A stretch of DNA of 64,000 nt from Phascolarctobacterium sp. (GCA_017457085.1 JAFTID010000048.1:4893-68892), one strand, 5' to 3'; counted from the stretch's first letter, positions 19,057 through 28,645 are shown. Notes: generated by a model from the letters alone, not told the origin. Numbers and translations are program-made.

Positions 19057-19096
19057 AAAGGCTGACTGGAATTGAAAGGTTCTTGTCAGCTTTTTG
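19057..19096 (+). terminator. Intrinsic terminator ending the nif-like/cobN operon
   Basis: GCTGAC...GTCAGC stem followed by TTTTT. Confidence 0.55.
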
Positions 19097-19117
19097 CATT
19101 CTTGTGAAAAATAAGTG

Positions 19118-19148
19118 TTGCGTATATAGGAAGTATATAGTTTATAAT
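19118..19148 (+). promoter_or_regulatory. Regulon-type promoter P7
   Basis: TTGCGT-ATATAGGAAGTATATAGTT-TATAAT, 19-bp spacer. Confidence 0.55.
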
Positions 19149-19201
19149 CAGACGTATATCTTGATAAGAATAATTACTAAACGTTAGGAGCGAGTGAGAA
19201 A

Positions 19202-20233
19202 ATGAAAAGAACAGCAGTATATCCTTTTACCGCCATTGTTGGGCAAGAGGATATGAAAATGGCATTAATCTTGAACGTAATAAATCCTGCATTGGGAGGA
19301 GTGTTGATTAAAGGTGAAAAAGGAACAGCAAAATCAACAGCAGTACGTGCCTTGGCAGAACTGCTCCCTGCTATGCAAGCTGTCCATGGTTGCAGATTTA
19401 ATTGTGATCCTCATAATGCTAACTTGTTTTGCGATGACTGCGCAAAGAATTATGCATCTAATGCAGTTTGTCACATTGAAGACATTAAAATGCGTGTGGT
19501 GGAACTGCCTGTTAGCGCTACTGAAGATAGAGTAGTAGGTACTTTGGATATTGAACACGCTATCAAACATGGTGAAAAGAAATTTGAAGCAGGTATTCTG
19601 GCGCAAGCTAACCGCAATATTTTATATGTTGACGAAATAAACCTTTTGGATGACCACGTTGTAGACGTTTTGTTAGATGCTGCTGCAATGGGTATTAATA
19701 CTGTTGAACGTGAGGGAGTTTCCTATTCTCACCCGGCACGTTTCGTTTTGGTAGGAACAATGAATCCGGAAGAAGGGGATATTCGTCCTCAATTACTTGA
19801 CCGTTTTGGTCTTTCCGTTGTTGTTACAGGTGAACACGACCCCAGCCAACGTGTTGAAGTTATAAAACGACGTTTGGCTTATGAAGATAACGCAGATGAT
19901 TTCATTGCAGGCTATCAAGAGGAACAGCAAGCTCTTGCTGAAAAAATTATGCAAGCACGCGAAGCATTGCCCAATGTTACCATCAGTGATGCACTTTTGG
20001 AAACCGTTGCCAAATTGGCAGTAGAGCTGGGCGTTGATGGTCACCGTGCAGATATTACCGTAATTAAAACTGCTTTGACCTTGGCTGCCTTTAATGAACA
20101 TAACGAAGTAGAGCTTGTTGACGTAAAAGCTGCGGCAAAACTTGTACTGCCTCATCGTATGCGTCGTCGTCCTTTTGAAGAAGGACAATTAGATTGGAAT
20201 AAAGTTGAAGCTTTCTTGGGACAGGAAGCCTGA
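19202..20233 (+). CDS. chlI: ChlI/BchI-type AAA+ chelatase subunit
   Basis: 343 aa. [40 protein letters not shown] is nearly the canonical ChlI N-terminus. Walker B YVDEINLL is present. Confidence 0.9.
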   Translation: MKRTAVYPFTAIVGQEDMKMALILNVINPALGGVLIKGEKGTAKSTAVRALAELLPAMQAVHGCRFNCDPHNANLFCDDCAKNYASNAVCHIEDIKMRVVELPVSATEDRVVGTLDIEHAIKHGEKKFEAGILAQANRNILYVDEINLLDDHVVDVLLDAAAMGINTVEREGVSYSHPARFVLVGTMNPEEGDIRPQLLDRFGLSVVVTGEHDPSQRVEVIKRRLAYEDNADDFIAGYQEEQQALAEKIMQAREALPNVTISDALLETVAKLAVELGVDGHRADITVIKTALTLAAFNEHNEVELVDVKAAAKLVLPHRMRRRPFEEGQLDWNKVEAFLGQEA

Positions 20234-20247
20234 AAGGAGCATGCGGA

Positions 20248-22179
20248 ATGTTACTGCACGCTATATATCCCTTTACTGCTGTAGTTGGTTTGGAGCAGGT
20301 GAAAAGGGCAATTCTTATTGCGTTGGTTAACCCTCATGCTGGTGGGCTATTAATTGGTGGGCGCAAGGGTACGGCAAAAACAACTTTAGTCCGTGCTGCC
20401 CAAGAACTGCTTACGCCACGCAATATTATAGAATTACCCTTAAATGTTACGGAAGATATGCTTTTTGGCAGTATAGATATTGAATATGCTGTTAGTAAGG
20501 GTGAACGTCGCTTCTTGCCAGGCATTTTAGGAAAAGCTAACGACAATGTGCTTTATATAGATGAAGCAAACCTGCTTCGCCAAGAACTTTTAACTGCAGT
20601 CCTTGATGCCAATACTGCTGGCTTTAACCATGTGGAACGTGATGGTATTAGCTTCACCCACGAGGTTAACTACACTGTCATTGGCACTATGAATCCAGAA
20701 GAAGGAATTTTGCCGGGACATATCCTTGATAGATTTGGAATGTATGTAGATGTACAAGGCGAAGCAGAGATTGCTGATAGAGTGGAAATTATTAAACGCG
20801 CCTTGGCGTATGGCAAAGACATTGCGGGATTTAGAAAGCAGTATGCCGAAAGCGTTGCTGAGCTGTGTGAACTGGTAAATGTTTCACGTGAAACATTGAA
20901 GCAGGTAGAAGTAACTGAGGCTATGATGCAACTGGCGGCGCAAATGTGCGCTCAAGCCTTCTGCGCAGGACATAGGGCAGAAATTTATCTGCTTGAAGCT
21001 GCCCGTGCCATTGCTGCTTTAGAAAAACGCACCTACATTTTACCAAAGGATATGCAGGAAGCCGCTGTTTACGTTTTGGCTCATCGCATGCGCACTCCGC
21101 CGGAAGCTCAGGAAATGGAACAAGACCAACAGGAAAATGAAGAGCAGGAGCAAAACGAAGAACAACAATCTGATGAACAAGACGATGCTCCTGAACAACC
21201 TGATGAACTTCCTCCACCTCCACAGCTGCCTGATAACGAAGATGATGGCAGTGACGAAGACAGTGATGAAAATAATGAGCAAGATGAAAAACAGGAACAA
21301 GAGCAAAATAGCAACCAGCTTGCTCCCGAAGAACAGATTGCTGATATTGACAGAAGCTTTAAAATTCCCAAGCTTGTCCTTGATATGGGCAAGAATACTA
21401 CCTTGCGGAGAGGTAGTGGCAAACGTAGCGCGACCAAGACTGATTTGAAGCAAGGTCGTTACGTGCGGGCAGAGCTTCCCAAAGCAAAGGTAGAGGACTT
21501 GGCTTTTGATGCTACCATTCGTGCGGCGGCGCCCTACCAAAGAATGCGCGAGGCAAATGGATGCGCCTTGAACATTCAAAAAGAAGACCTGCGCCAAAAG
21601 GTAAGGGAAAAACGCATTGGTAACACCTTCCTATTTGCCGTAGATGCCAGCGGTTCCATGGGAGCACGGGAAAGAATGCGTGCCGTGAAAGGGGCAATCT
21701 TTTATATGCTCCAAGATGCGTACCAAAAACGCGACCGAGTTGGCATGCTAGCCTTTCGTCGTCAAAAGGCAGAGGTGCTTTTACCAATTACTAGAAGCGT
21801 TGACCTTGCCCAAAAATGTTTAGCAGAAATGCCTACGGGCGGGAAGACTCCTCTTGCTGACGGCTTGGCTACTGCGCTTTTAACCTTGGCAAGGCTCAAC
21901 AAAAAGGATAGCGAGCTGGAACCAATCTTAGTTCTGGTAACTGATGGTAGAGCCAACGCTGTGGAAGAAGACGGCGGCGACCCTGTTACTGCTGCTATCA
22001 AAATGGCAGAAAAAATTCGTAAAGCAAAAATAACTTCCGTTGTCATTGACACGGAAAATGATTTTATAAAATTAGGCGTAGCTAAAAAGGTTGCCCAAGC
22101 TATGGGCGCAAGCTACTACAGTTTGAACCAGCTTTCCAAGGAACAGATTTTGAGGATTGTAAGAAATTTGGGAGAGTAA
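20248..22179 (+). CDS. chlD: ChlD/BchD-type chelatase subunit (AAA-like N-domain, acidic/Pro linker, vWA domain)
   Basis: 643 aa. ChlI-like N-terminus, then a long E/D/Q-rich linker with PPPPQLP. The C-terminal vWA domain has MIDAS DASGSM. Confidence 0.9.
   Translation: MLLHAIYPFTAVVGLEQVKRAILIALVNPHAGGLLIGGRKGTAKTTLVRAAQELLTPRNIIELPLNVTEDMLFGSIDIEYAVSKGERRFLPGILGKANDNVLYIDEANLLRQELLTAVLDANTAGFNHVERDGISFTHEVNYTVIGTMNPEEGILPGHILDRFGMYVDVQGEAEIADRVEIIKRALAYGKDIAGFRKQYAESVAELCELVNVSRETLKQVEVTEAMMQLAAQMCAQAFCAGHRAEIYLLEAARAIAALEKRTYILPKDMQEAAVYVLAHRMRTPPEAQEMEQDQQENEEQEQNEEQQSDEQDDAPEQPDELPPPPQLPDNEDDGSDEDSDENNEQDEKQEQEQNSNQLAPEEQIADIDRSFKIPKLVLDMGKNTTLRRGSGKRSATKTDLKQGRYVRAELPKAKVEDLAFDATIRAAAPYQRMREANGCALNIQKEDLRQKVREKRIGNTFLFAVDASGSMGARERMRAVKGAIFYMLQDAYQKRDRVGMLAFRRQKAEVLLPITRSVDLAQKCLAEMPTGGKTPLADGLATALLTLARLNKKDSELEPILVLVTDGRANAVEEDGGDPVTAAIKMAEKIRKAKITSVVIDTENDFIKLGVAKKVAQAMGASYYSLNQLSKEQILRIVRNLGE
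20878..20897. repeat. Second copy of the 20-bp palindrome AATGTTTCACGTGAAACATT, inside chlD-like coding sequence
   Basis: Exact match to 6493-6512. It encodes VNVSRETL. Confidence 0.8.
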
Positions 22180-22197
22180 AGAAGGAGAAATCAGAAG

Positions 22198-23457
22198 ATG
22201 TCTTGGTTGCAATTTAAGGAATACTTTATAAAACGTAAAAAAATACACTTCACCATCATCCTTATCCTGGGTATTCTTTTGTTGAGTAGTTTAGCATCCA
22301 AGCATCTTCTGTTTTCTAATAAAGCTAAAACGAAGATTATAAAACCAATTGTAAAAACCACGCTAGTTAGTGCTAAACCTATGTATAAAACAATTTCTCT
22401 TTTTGGAAAGACGAAGGCTTTGGCAAAAATAAACATCGTTAATAAATACGCAGGCACCATTAGTGCTGTGCATGTAGATTTAGGCGATGAAGTAAAAGCT
22501 GGCGATATGCTTTTAGAACAGGATTTGAAAGATATTGAGCTAAAACTTGCTGAAGCTAAAGCAAAGTATGGTGAATACCATGGTAAAGCTTTGGCCTACG
22601 AAACAGAATATAATGCTCAAATTGAAAGATATAAGGCAACTTATGAGTTACATAAAACAAATTATGAGCGTTACTTGAAATTGCACGAAGCAGGTGCTGT
22701 TTCTAAATTAGAAGTTGATAATGTGAAGCAAACGATGCTTTCTTCAAAAGCAAATTACGAAGAGCTTGCACAGCAAGCGATGATTGATGATATGCCTGCA
22801 GCAGTATTTGCACGAATGCAGGATGGTGAGCAAAAGTATAATGATTATCTTCTTTTACAAAACCAAAGGGAAGATATGACTTTGAGAGCTACGCGCAATG
22901 GAATTATTAGCTACCGTAATGCAGAGGTTGGTAATTACATTGCTGCTGGAACTAAGTTGTTTACCATTGTGGATAATAGCAAAGTTTTTGTAGATTGTAT
23001 TGTGTCTGAAAGTGATTCTGCCTTGCTTCAAGTGGGTCAAGAAGTTGAAGTAGATATTGAAGCGCTTGGCAACGAAGCAAAAGGTAAGATTATTTTTATC
23101 AGCCCTGCTGCTTCTGACGAAAACAATGGATTTTCTGTAAGGCTTGCCCTTGAAGGCGCAGATGCGAATATTAAAGAAGGCTTATTTGCCAAGAGCAAGT
23201 TCAATTATTTGCAAAAAGAAAATACCATTTATCTCAATAAAACTACAATTATTGAAAAAAATGGTAAGAACTATGTTTTTGTGTTAAATAAAAATAACAA
23301 GGTTGAGCAACGAGAAATTAAAACTGGCATCCGCAATGATATTAATATAGAAATTATTAAAGGTATCAGTGCTGGCGATTGCGTTGTTACTAATAACCTT
23401 TCACGTTTGCGTAATGGTATGACTGTGGAAATTGCAGAAGCAGGGGACGATAAGTAA
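22198..23457 (+). CDS. RND efflux periplasmic adaptor (HlyD/MFP family)
   Basis: 419 aa with an N-terminal TM segment, coiled-coil region and beta-barrel. Starts 18 nt after the chlD-like stop. Confidence 0.8.
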   Translation: MSWLQFKEYFIKRKKIHFTIILILGILLLSSLASKHLLFSNKAKTKIIKPIVKTTLVSAKPMYKTISLFGKTKALAKINIVNKYAGTISAVHVDLGDEVKAGDMLLEQDLKDIELKLAEAKAKYGEYHGKALAYETEYNAQIERYKATYELHKTNYERYLKLHEAGAVSKLEVDNVKQTMLSSKANYEELAQQAMIDDMPAAVFARMQDGEQKYNDYLLLQNQREDMTLRATRNGIISYRNAEVGNYIAAGTKLFTIVDNSKVFVDCIVSESDSALLQVGQEVEVDIEALGNEAKGKIIFISPAASDENNGFSVRLALEGADANIKEGLFAKSKFNYLQKENTIYLNKTTIIEKNGKNYVFVLNKNNKVEQREIKTGIRNDINIEIIKGISAGDCVVTNNLSRLRNGMTVEIAEAGDDK

Positions 23458-26400
23458 TGAACATAACAAGATTTTCCATTAAGCGTCCCATTGGCATCTG
23501 TATGATTTATGCTTTAATTGTTATCTTGGGGTTATTTAGCTTTAAGAAAATTGGCGTAGAACTTTTGCCGGAGCATGATACTAAATATGTAAGTGTTATT
23601 GTCAATTATCCTGGGGCAAGTACGGAATCAGTGGAAGAGCAGGTTACGAAGCCTATTGAGGACTGTCTATCGTCTATTTCGTACTTTAAGCAAGTACGTA
23701 GTGCTACGCGCCCAGGTCGTGCAGAAATTTTTGTAGAGCTTACGCCCGAAGCAGATGCTGACTTGGTGGCAATTGAAGCTACGAAAAAAGTAAGTACAAT
23801 TCGCAAAAATCTTCCTGCTGATATGGATGAGCCTGTTGTTTTAAAGCGTGCTTCTGAAGATTATCCTATTATGGAGATTGCGGTAACTGCACCTTTTGAA
23901 ATGTCAGAAGTGTATTCAACTGCAGAAAATATCTTCGCTGAAAGATTACAGCAAGCAGGCGGTGTATCCGAAGTTGTAGTTACAGGTGGCAGGGAAAAAG
24001 AAATTGCTATTGTTGTTAATAAAGACAAGCTTAGTTATTACGGCCTAACTCTTAAAAACGTCATTGATGCGGTTAAAGGTGAAAACGTAATATATTCTGC
24101 CGGTTCTGTTTATAGTGATGTATTACAGACTACAGTAAGGCTTGATTCTCAATATATAGATATTAAAGAAATAGAAGATATTAGCATTACTGTTGGTAAA
24201 GGAAAGGGCGTTGCTCTTAAAGATGTTGCAGAAGTTAAATTCCAAGAGAAGCGAGCAACAGCTTTTAGCCGTGTGAATGGTAATGATGCTATAGCTTTGG
24301 AAGTTCATAAAAATAGTGGTGCTAACATTGTAAAAACTGCTGATGGTGTTTTACAACAGTTAGAAAAATTGCGTACTACCTATCCTGATTATAAATTCAC
24401 TATGGTTTACGACCAGTCTGAATTTATTAGAAGTTCTTTAAAAAATACCTTACACACTTTGCTTGAAGGTTTAGTTACTACAAGTTTGGTACTGTATTTG
24501 TTTTTGCGTGGTTGGAAATCTTCTTCCGCTGTTATCATCGCCATACCTGTATCACTAGTTGCAACTTTCTTTCTAATGTTTCTTGCCGGATTTACATTTA
24601 ATATGATGTCATTAATGGGGATGGCGTTATGTATTGGTATTCTAGTGGACGACTCCATCGTAGTTTTGGAAAACATACACCGTTTTTTAGAAAAGGGCTA
24701 TTCTGCAGAAGAAGCTGCAGAAAAAGGGCGTAACCAAATTGGTATGGCAGCAGTTGCCATGACACTGTGTGATATCGTAGTATTCTTGCCCATCGCTTTT
24801 TTAGAAAGCACGACGGGGCAGTACTTTAAAGAATTTGGGTTGACCATTGTATTTGCGACATTGATGTCCTTAATGGTTTCTTTTACCCTTACGCCTATGA
24901 TGGCTTCCAAACTATATGCTAATGGTCTGATTATTCCTAAGGGTAAGTTTTGGGATTGGGTGGACAGGGCAGAAAACCAAAGCATTGAAAAATATGCAGG
25001 CTTTTTAAGAAAATGCCTTATCAAACCTAAAAAAGTTTTAGTTGCAATCGCAATTGCTTTTGTAACATCAATAATGCTTGTTCCCTTGGGACTTGTTGGA
25101 TCTGAATATATGCCTCGCACTGACGAGAACGCTATTCAAGTTAGCATTGAACTTCCTCGTGGATACAACGCTGAACAAACTAACGAAGTACTTTTAGTTT
25201 TTGATGACTACCTAGCCACTATTCCTGAAATAGAGTTTTTTCTTTCCAAGGTTACTAATACGGAAAGTAATGCGAAAATTTCCATTACTTTATTAAACAG
25301 AGGAAATCGTAGTAAAAGTGTTTGGGATGTTTCGGATGAAATTAGACGCTTTAGTAGAGCAAATTTTGGCGGCGTCAATATTCGTGTTAATGAAATCCAA
25401 TCTTCTGTAACAGGTGTTTCCGGTGGTCGTTCCTTAGTGCGTTCACCCGTACAAGTGGAACTTTACGGAAGGGATATGGATTTATTAATTGAAGAATCTC
25501 AAATTCTTTTAAAAATTTTCCGTGAAGTAGAAGGTCTTAAAGATATAAAAAGCTCCTACACAGAAGGCGTGCCGGAGCTGAAAGTAACTGTTGATAGGGA
25601 CAAGCTAAAGTATTACGGCACTTCTGTAGAAAATGTACTGAAATCCTTTAGTGCAGCCATTGCAGGTCGTAATGCAGGGGTGCTGCCTAACGATAGTGCT
25701 AATGATGGTCGTGATACAAATATTAATGTGCGTTTTGCAAATAGTGATGGATTTTATATTGAAGATTTAAAATCTATAAAAGTTCCCACTAAAAGGGAAG
25801 GTGCTGTTTTTCTTGGAGACGTTGCCAAAATTGAGGAAACAGTTGGGCCTATTACCATCAGGCGAGTGAATAAGGAACGCATTATCAACGTGCAAAGCAA
25901 TCTTTCCGATAGACCTTTAAAAGAAGTTCTGGAAGAGATTGAGCAAAAAATAATTGCAAGCGGTATCAAAAGTAGATACGAATTTACAGGACAGGCAGTA
26001 AGCATGAACGACTCCTTCAACGAAATGGTTTTTGCCTTGTCGTTATCCTTAGTTTTAATTTACTTGCTTCTCGCAGTATTGTATGAATCTGTCTTTACTC
26101 CGCTGATAAGAATGTTCTCTCTGCCTTTGGGCATAATTGGTTCTATCTTTTGTCTTCTCTTAACGGGAAATACCATTAACCTTTATTCCTTAATTGGTAT
26201 TTTGGTAATGGATGGCTTAGTTGCTAAAAATGGTACATTGCTTTTAGACTATACCCTTACCTTAATGCACGAAGAAGGTAAGAGTGCGGTAGAAGCTGTT
26301 GTTGAAGCTGGTAAGGCTCGCCTTAAACCAATTATGATGACTGCATTAACAATGGTTGTTGGTATGTTGCCTACAGCTTTGGCAATGACAGAGGGTTCCG

Positions 26401-26522
26401 AAACTCGCGTTAGTATGGCGTGGGTAATTATTGGCGGTATGATAACATCTACAGTATTTACCTTAATAGTTATTCCGATTATCTTTGTTTGGATAAAAAA
26501 TAAATTCCCTAACAGGATATAA
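23457..26522 (+). CDS. RND efflux permease (AcrB/HAE-type)
   Basis: 1021 aa with 12-TM RND topology and two large periplasmic loops. ATGA overlap with the adaptor gene. Confidence 0.9.
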   Translation: MNITRFSIKRPIGICMIYALIVILGLFSFKKIGVELLPEHDTKYVSVIVNYPGASTESVEEQVTKPIEDCLSSISYFKQVRSATRPGRAEIFVELTPEADADLVAIEATKKVSTIRKNLPADMDEPVVLKRASEDYPIMEIAVTAPFEMSEVYSTAENIFAERLQQAGGVSEVVVTGGREKEIAIVVNKDKLSYYGLTLKNVIDAVKGENVIYSAGSVYSDVLQTTVRLDSQYIDIKEIEDISITVGKGKGVALKDVAEVKFQEKRATAFSRVNGNDAIALEVHKNSGANIVKTADGVLQQLEKLRTTYPDYKFTMVYDQSEFIRSSLKNTLHTLLEGLVTTSLVLYLFLRGWKSSSAVIIAIPVSLVATFFLMFLAGFTFNMMSLMGMALCIGILVDDSIVVLENIHRFLEKGYSAEEAAEKGRNQIGMAAVAMTLCDIVVFLPIAFLESTTGQYFKEFGLTIVFATLMSLMVSFTLTPMMASKLYANGLIIPKGKFWDWVDRAENQSIEKYAGFLRKCLIKPKKVLVAIAIAFVTSIMLVPLGLVGSEYMPRTDENAIQVSIELPRGYNAEQTNEVLLVFDDYLATIPEIEFFLSKVTNTESNAKISITLLNRGNRSKSVWDVSDEIRRFSRANFGGVNIRVNEIQSSVTGVSGGRSLVRSPVQVELYGRDMDLLIEESQILLKIFREVEGLKDIKSSYTEGVPELKVTVDRDKLKYYGTSVENVLKSFSAAIAGRNAGVLPNDSANDGRDTNINVRFANSDGFYIEDLKSIKVPTKREGAVFLGDVAKIEETVGPITIRRVNKERIINVQSNLSDRPLKEVLEEIEQKIIASGIKSRYEFTGQAVSMNDSFNEMVFALSLSLVLIYLLLAVLYESVFTPLIRMFSLPLGIIGSIFCLLLTGNTINLYSLIGILVMDGLVAKNGTLLLDYTLTLMHEEGKSAVEAVVEAGKARLKPIMMTALTMVVGMLPTALAMTEGSETRVSMAWVIIGGMITSTVFTLIVIPIIFVWIKNKFPNRI

Positions 26523-26638
26523 GCAGATTTCTGTTTATATATAAACTCTCATTATATTTTATGCTGAGTAATCTACAGGCAAGCCATTTATGGGTACTTG
26601 AAAAGCATACAAAAAAATTTTTAAGGAGATGAACTTTA

Positions 26639-28522
26639 ATGAAAAAAAGAACCCTCACAAAAGGCATGCTTATGGCAGCTCTCATTTGCGGTTGTGTACA
26701 ATGGGGGGGTACAGCAGTACACGCTGCTGAACTGCAAGAGTTTACTCTTGACCCGATGGTTGTTACTGCACAAAGAATGGAAACTAGAGATTTGGATACT
26801 CCGGCAACGGTAACTGTAGTTAATGCTAAAAAAATTGAAGATGCTGGTTACAAGAATGTTTTTGATGCGATTGAACATCAAGTAGGTTTATCAAGTACTG
26901 GTTATGGTGATGCTGGGCAGGATTTTGGCTTTAGTTCTGGACGTACTGTTATTCGTGGCTTTGACCGTGGTACTTTAGTAATGGTTGATGGAATTCCTAT
27001 GAACCTAAAAAATTATAACTCTTTAGATGGTATACCAATTGATATGGTTGAACGAATTGAGATTGTAAAAGGTGCTGCAAGTACTCTTTATGGTAGTGAA
27101 GCTATGGGCGGTGTTGTCAATATTATTACTAAAACACCTTCTGGTTCTCCTAAATTTAAGATAAAAGGTACTATTGGTAATTATTATAAAGATTGGGGAT
27201 TAACATATTCTGGAGAAAAATTAATTTTAAGTGTTGCGAAGGAATATTCTGATAGTGTGGATAAGGCTAATGACTACCCTGCTGGGTCTACTACTGATTG
27301 GTGGAATGGAAAAGGACAAAAAGATAGGTTGGCTTTAGCTGCCAAATTAAATGAAGAACTAGCGTTTAACTTTATGTATCAAGAAGGTGATATTACTAGA
27401 GGTGGTTATGACGCGGTTAAGAATAAATCTTACAGTTATTCAAATGAAGATAAGCGACTTACAACTGGCTTGAGTTATGTTGGTAAAGATAATGGTGTAA
27501 GTGCAACTGTTGGCTATAATTATAGAGAAGTTGATGGTTGGGATTTTGTAGCCAATACCAAGACGTCTAGTAATGCGGAGATGTGTAGTTGGATTGGTGA
27601 TGTGCAAAAGGAATGGGACTTTGGTGGTAATAGTTTAATAGCAGGATATTCTTTTAAACGTGAAAATTATGATGGTTTAGTTAAGAAAGCAAATAAAGCA
27701 CATAGAATAGATAATTCAATATATTTATCTTATAATCATAAATTTAGTGATAAATTTAGCACGACCGTTGGTATTCGTGGAGAATTAATTGATGACCCAG
27801 TAAAAGACCAAGAGGTTGTGAATCCTCAATTCCAAACTCTTTACAAGGTCAATGAAAATACTTCTTGGTATACAAATATTGGTAAAGCTTTTCAAATGCC
27901 GACTGTAGATTCATACTATGATAAGAAACCTGATTCATCTAGCTTGAAGCCTGAAGAAGGATGGACATATGAAACTGGTATTAAAAAGATTTTTGATGAT
28001 TCCAGTGTTAAACTAGCTATTTATCATATGGAATTTGAAAATAAGATTGGTTGGACCGATAAGAATAAGGATCCGCAAGGTATCCAATATGCTTATAATA
28101 AAGGAGATTTTAGAAATACTGGTGTTGAAGTAGAATATGTAAAAATTATAGATGACAATTGGTCTTATAACTTAGGCTTGGGATATGGTAATCCAGAGAT
28201 TAAAGATCCTAGTGGCAATTCTGGTTGGGTTCAAGATTCTGGTAGAATTGATGTTGCTGCATCTTTGACTTATTCTGCTGAAAAATTAAGAAGCACTTTA
28301 TCTTGGAAATATTTGGGCGATAGAGAAGCCGCTTATTACAAGTCAAGAGGTGATGTACCTTCTCGCAATAGACTTACTTGGAATACCAGTTATGATATTA
28401 CTAAAAACGACACAATCACATTAACTTTGAACAATTTGTCGGACAAAGTTAATTATGCCAATAAATATGGTAACTTAGACTTGCCGTTTAACTGGAGAGT
28501 TATGTACACTCATACCTTTTAA
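26639..28522 (+). CDS. TonB-dependent outer-membrane receptor 2
   Basis: 627 aa with a signal peptide and TonB box DPMVVTA. Plug motif IEIVKGAASTLYGSEAMGGVVNIITK. Terminal ...YTHTF. Confidence 0.9.
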   Translation: MKKRTLTKGMLMAALICGCVQWGGTAVHAAELQEFTLDPMVVTAQRMETRDLDTPATVTVVNAKKIEDAGYKNVFDAIEHQVGLSSTGYGDAGQDFGFSSGRTVIRGFDRGTLVMVDGIPMNLKNYNSLDGIPIDMVERIEIVKGAASTLYGSEAMGGVVNIITKTPSGSPKFKIKGTIGNYYKDWGLTYSGEKLILSVAKEYSDSVDKANDYPAGSTTDWWNGKGQKDRLALAAKLNEELAFNFMYQEGDITRGGYDAVKNKSYSYSNEDKRLTTGLSYVGKDNGVSATVGYNYREVDGWDFVANTKTSSNAEMCSWIGDVQKEWDFGGNSLIAGYSFKRENYDGLVKKANKAHRIDNSIYLSYNHKFSDKFSTTVGIRGELIDDPVKDQEVVNPQFQTLYKVNENTSWYTNIGKAFQMPTVDSYYDKKPDSSSLKPEEGWTYETGIKKIFDDSSVKLAIYHMEFENKIGWTDKNKDPQGIQYAYNKGDFRNTGVEVEYVKIIDDNWSYNLGLGYGNPEIKDPSGNSGWVQDSGRIDVAASLTYSAEKLRSTLSWKYLGDREAAYYKSRGDVPSRNRLTWNTSYDITKNDTITLTLNNLSDKVNYANKYGNLDLPFNWRVMYTHTF

Positions 28523-28590
28523 TAAAACAATATTGTAATATACGTGGCACTCCCAAACTTTAAAAATAACTTCATTTCTCCTCCAAAATT

Positions 28591-28645
28591 CACAACACCC
28601 CCGTCAACCTTGCTGTTGGCGGGGGTGTTGTGTGTTGGGGGAGAG
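28591..28645 (+). repeat. Hairpin repeat copy a (terminator-like) with G-rich tail
   Basis: CACCCCCGTCAAC-loop-GTTGGCGGGGGTG followed by TTGTGTGTTGGGGGAGAG. Confidence 0.7.

Noticed and set aside
21040-21597. ORFs on both strands within the chlD-like linker region (185 aa and 109 aa on the - strand, 103 aa on the + strand)
   Set aside because: They are artefacts of the repetitive GAA/GAT/CAA-rich DNA that encodes the acidic linker of the ChlD-like protein.
8908-22179. Remnant (bacterio)chlorophyll biosynthesis cluster (BchLNB plus BchHID)
   Set aside because: No other bch/chl genes such as bchM, bchE/acsF, bchG or bchP are present. The large subunit looks CobN-like. The context is transport and anaerobic B12 metabolism in an apparently non-phototrophic Firmicute-type genome.
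14303-22179. CobN/ChlI/ChlD as nothing more than the aerobic-pathway cobaltochelatase CobNST of B12 synthesis
   Set aside because: This is not fully excluded but is disfavoured. The cbi genes present (cbiD, cbiG and others) belong to the early-cobalt-insertion anaerobic route, which does not produce the CobNST substrate hydrogenobyrinic acid a,c-diamide. The chelatase genes are also operonically tied to nif-like, import and RND genes rather than to the cbi operon.
26529-26559. Possible twelfth copy of the regulon promoter upstream of receptor 2 (TTCTGT-TTATATATAAACTCTCATT-ATATTT)
   Set aside because: Only the left TATATA element is retained. The -35, the right arm and the -10 are all poor. 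It is probably a decayed remnant, and receptor 2 is more likely read through from the chlID-RND operon.
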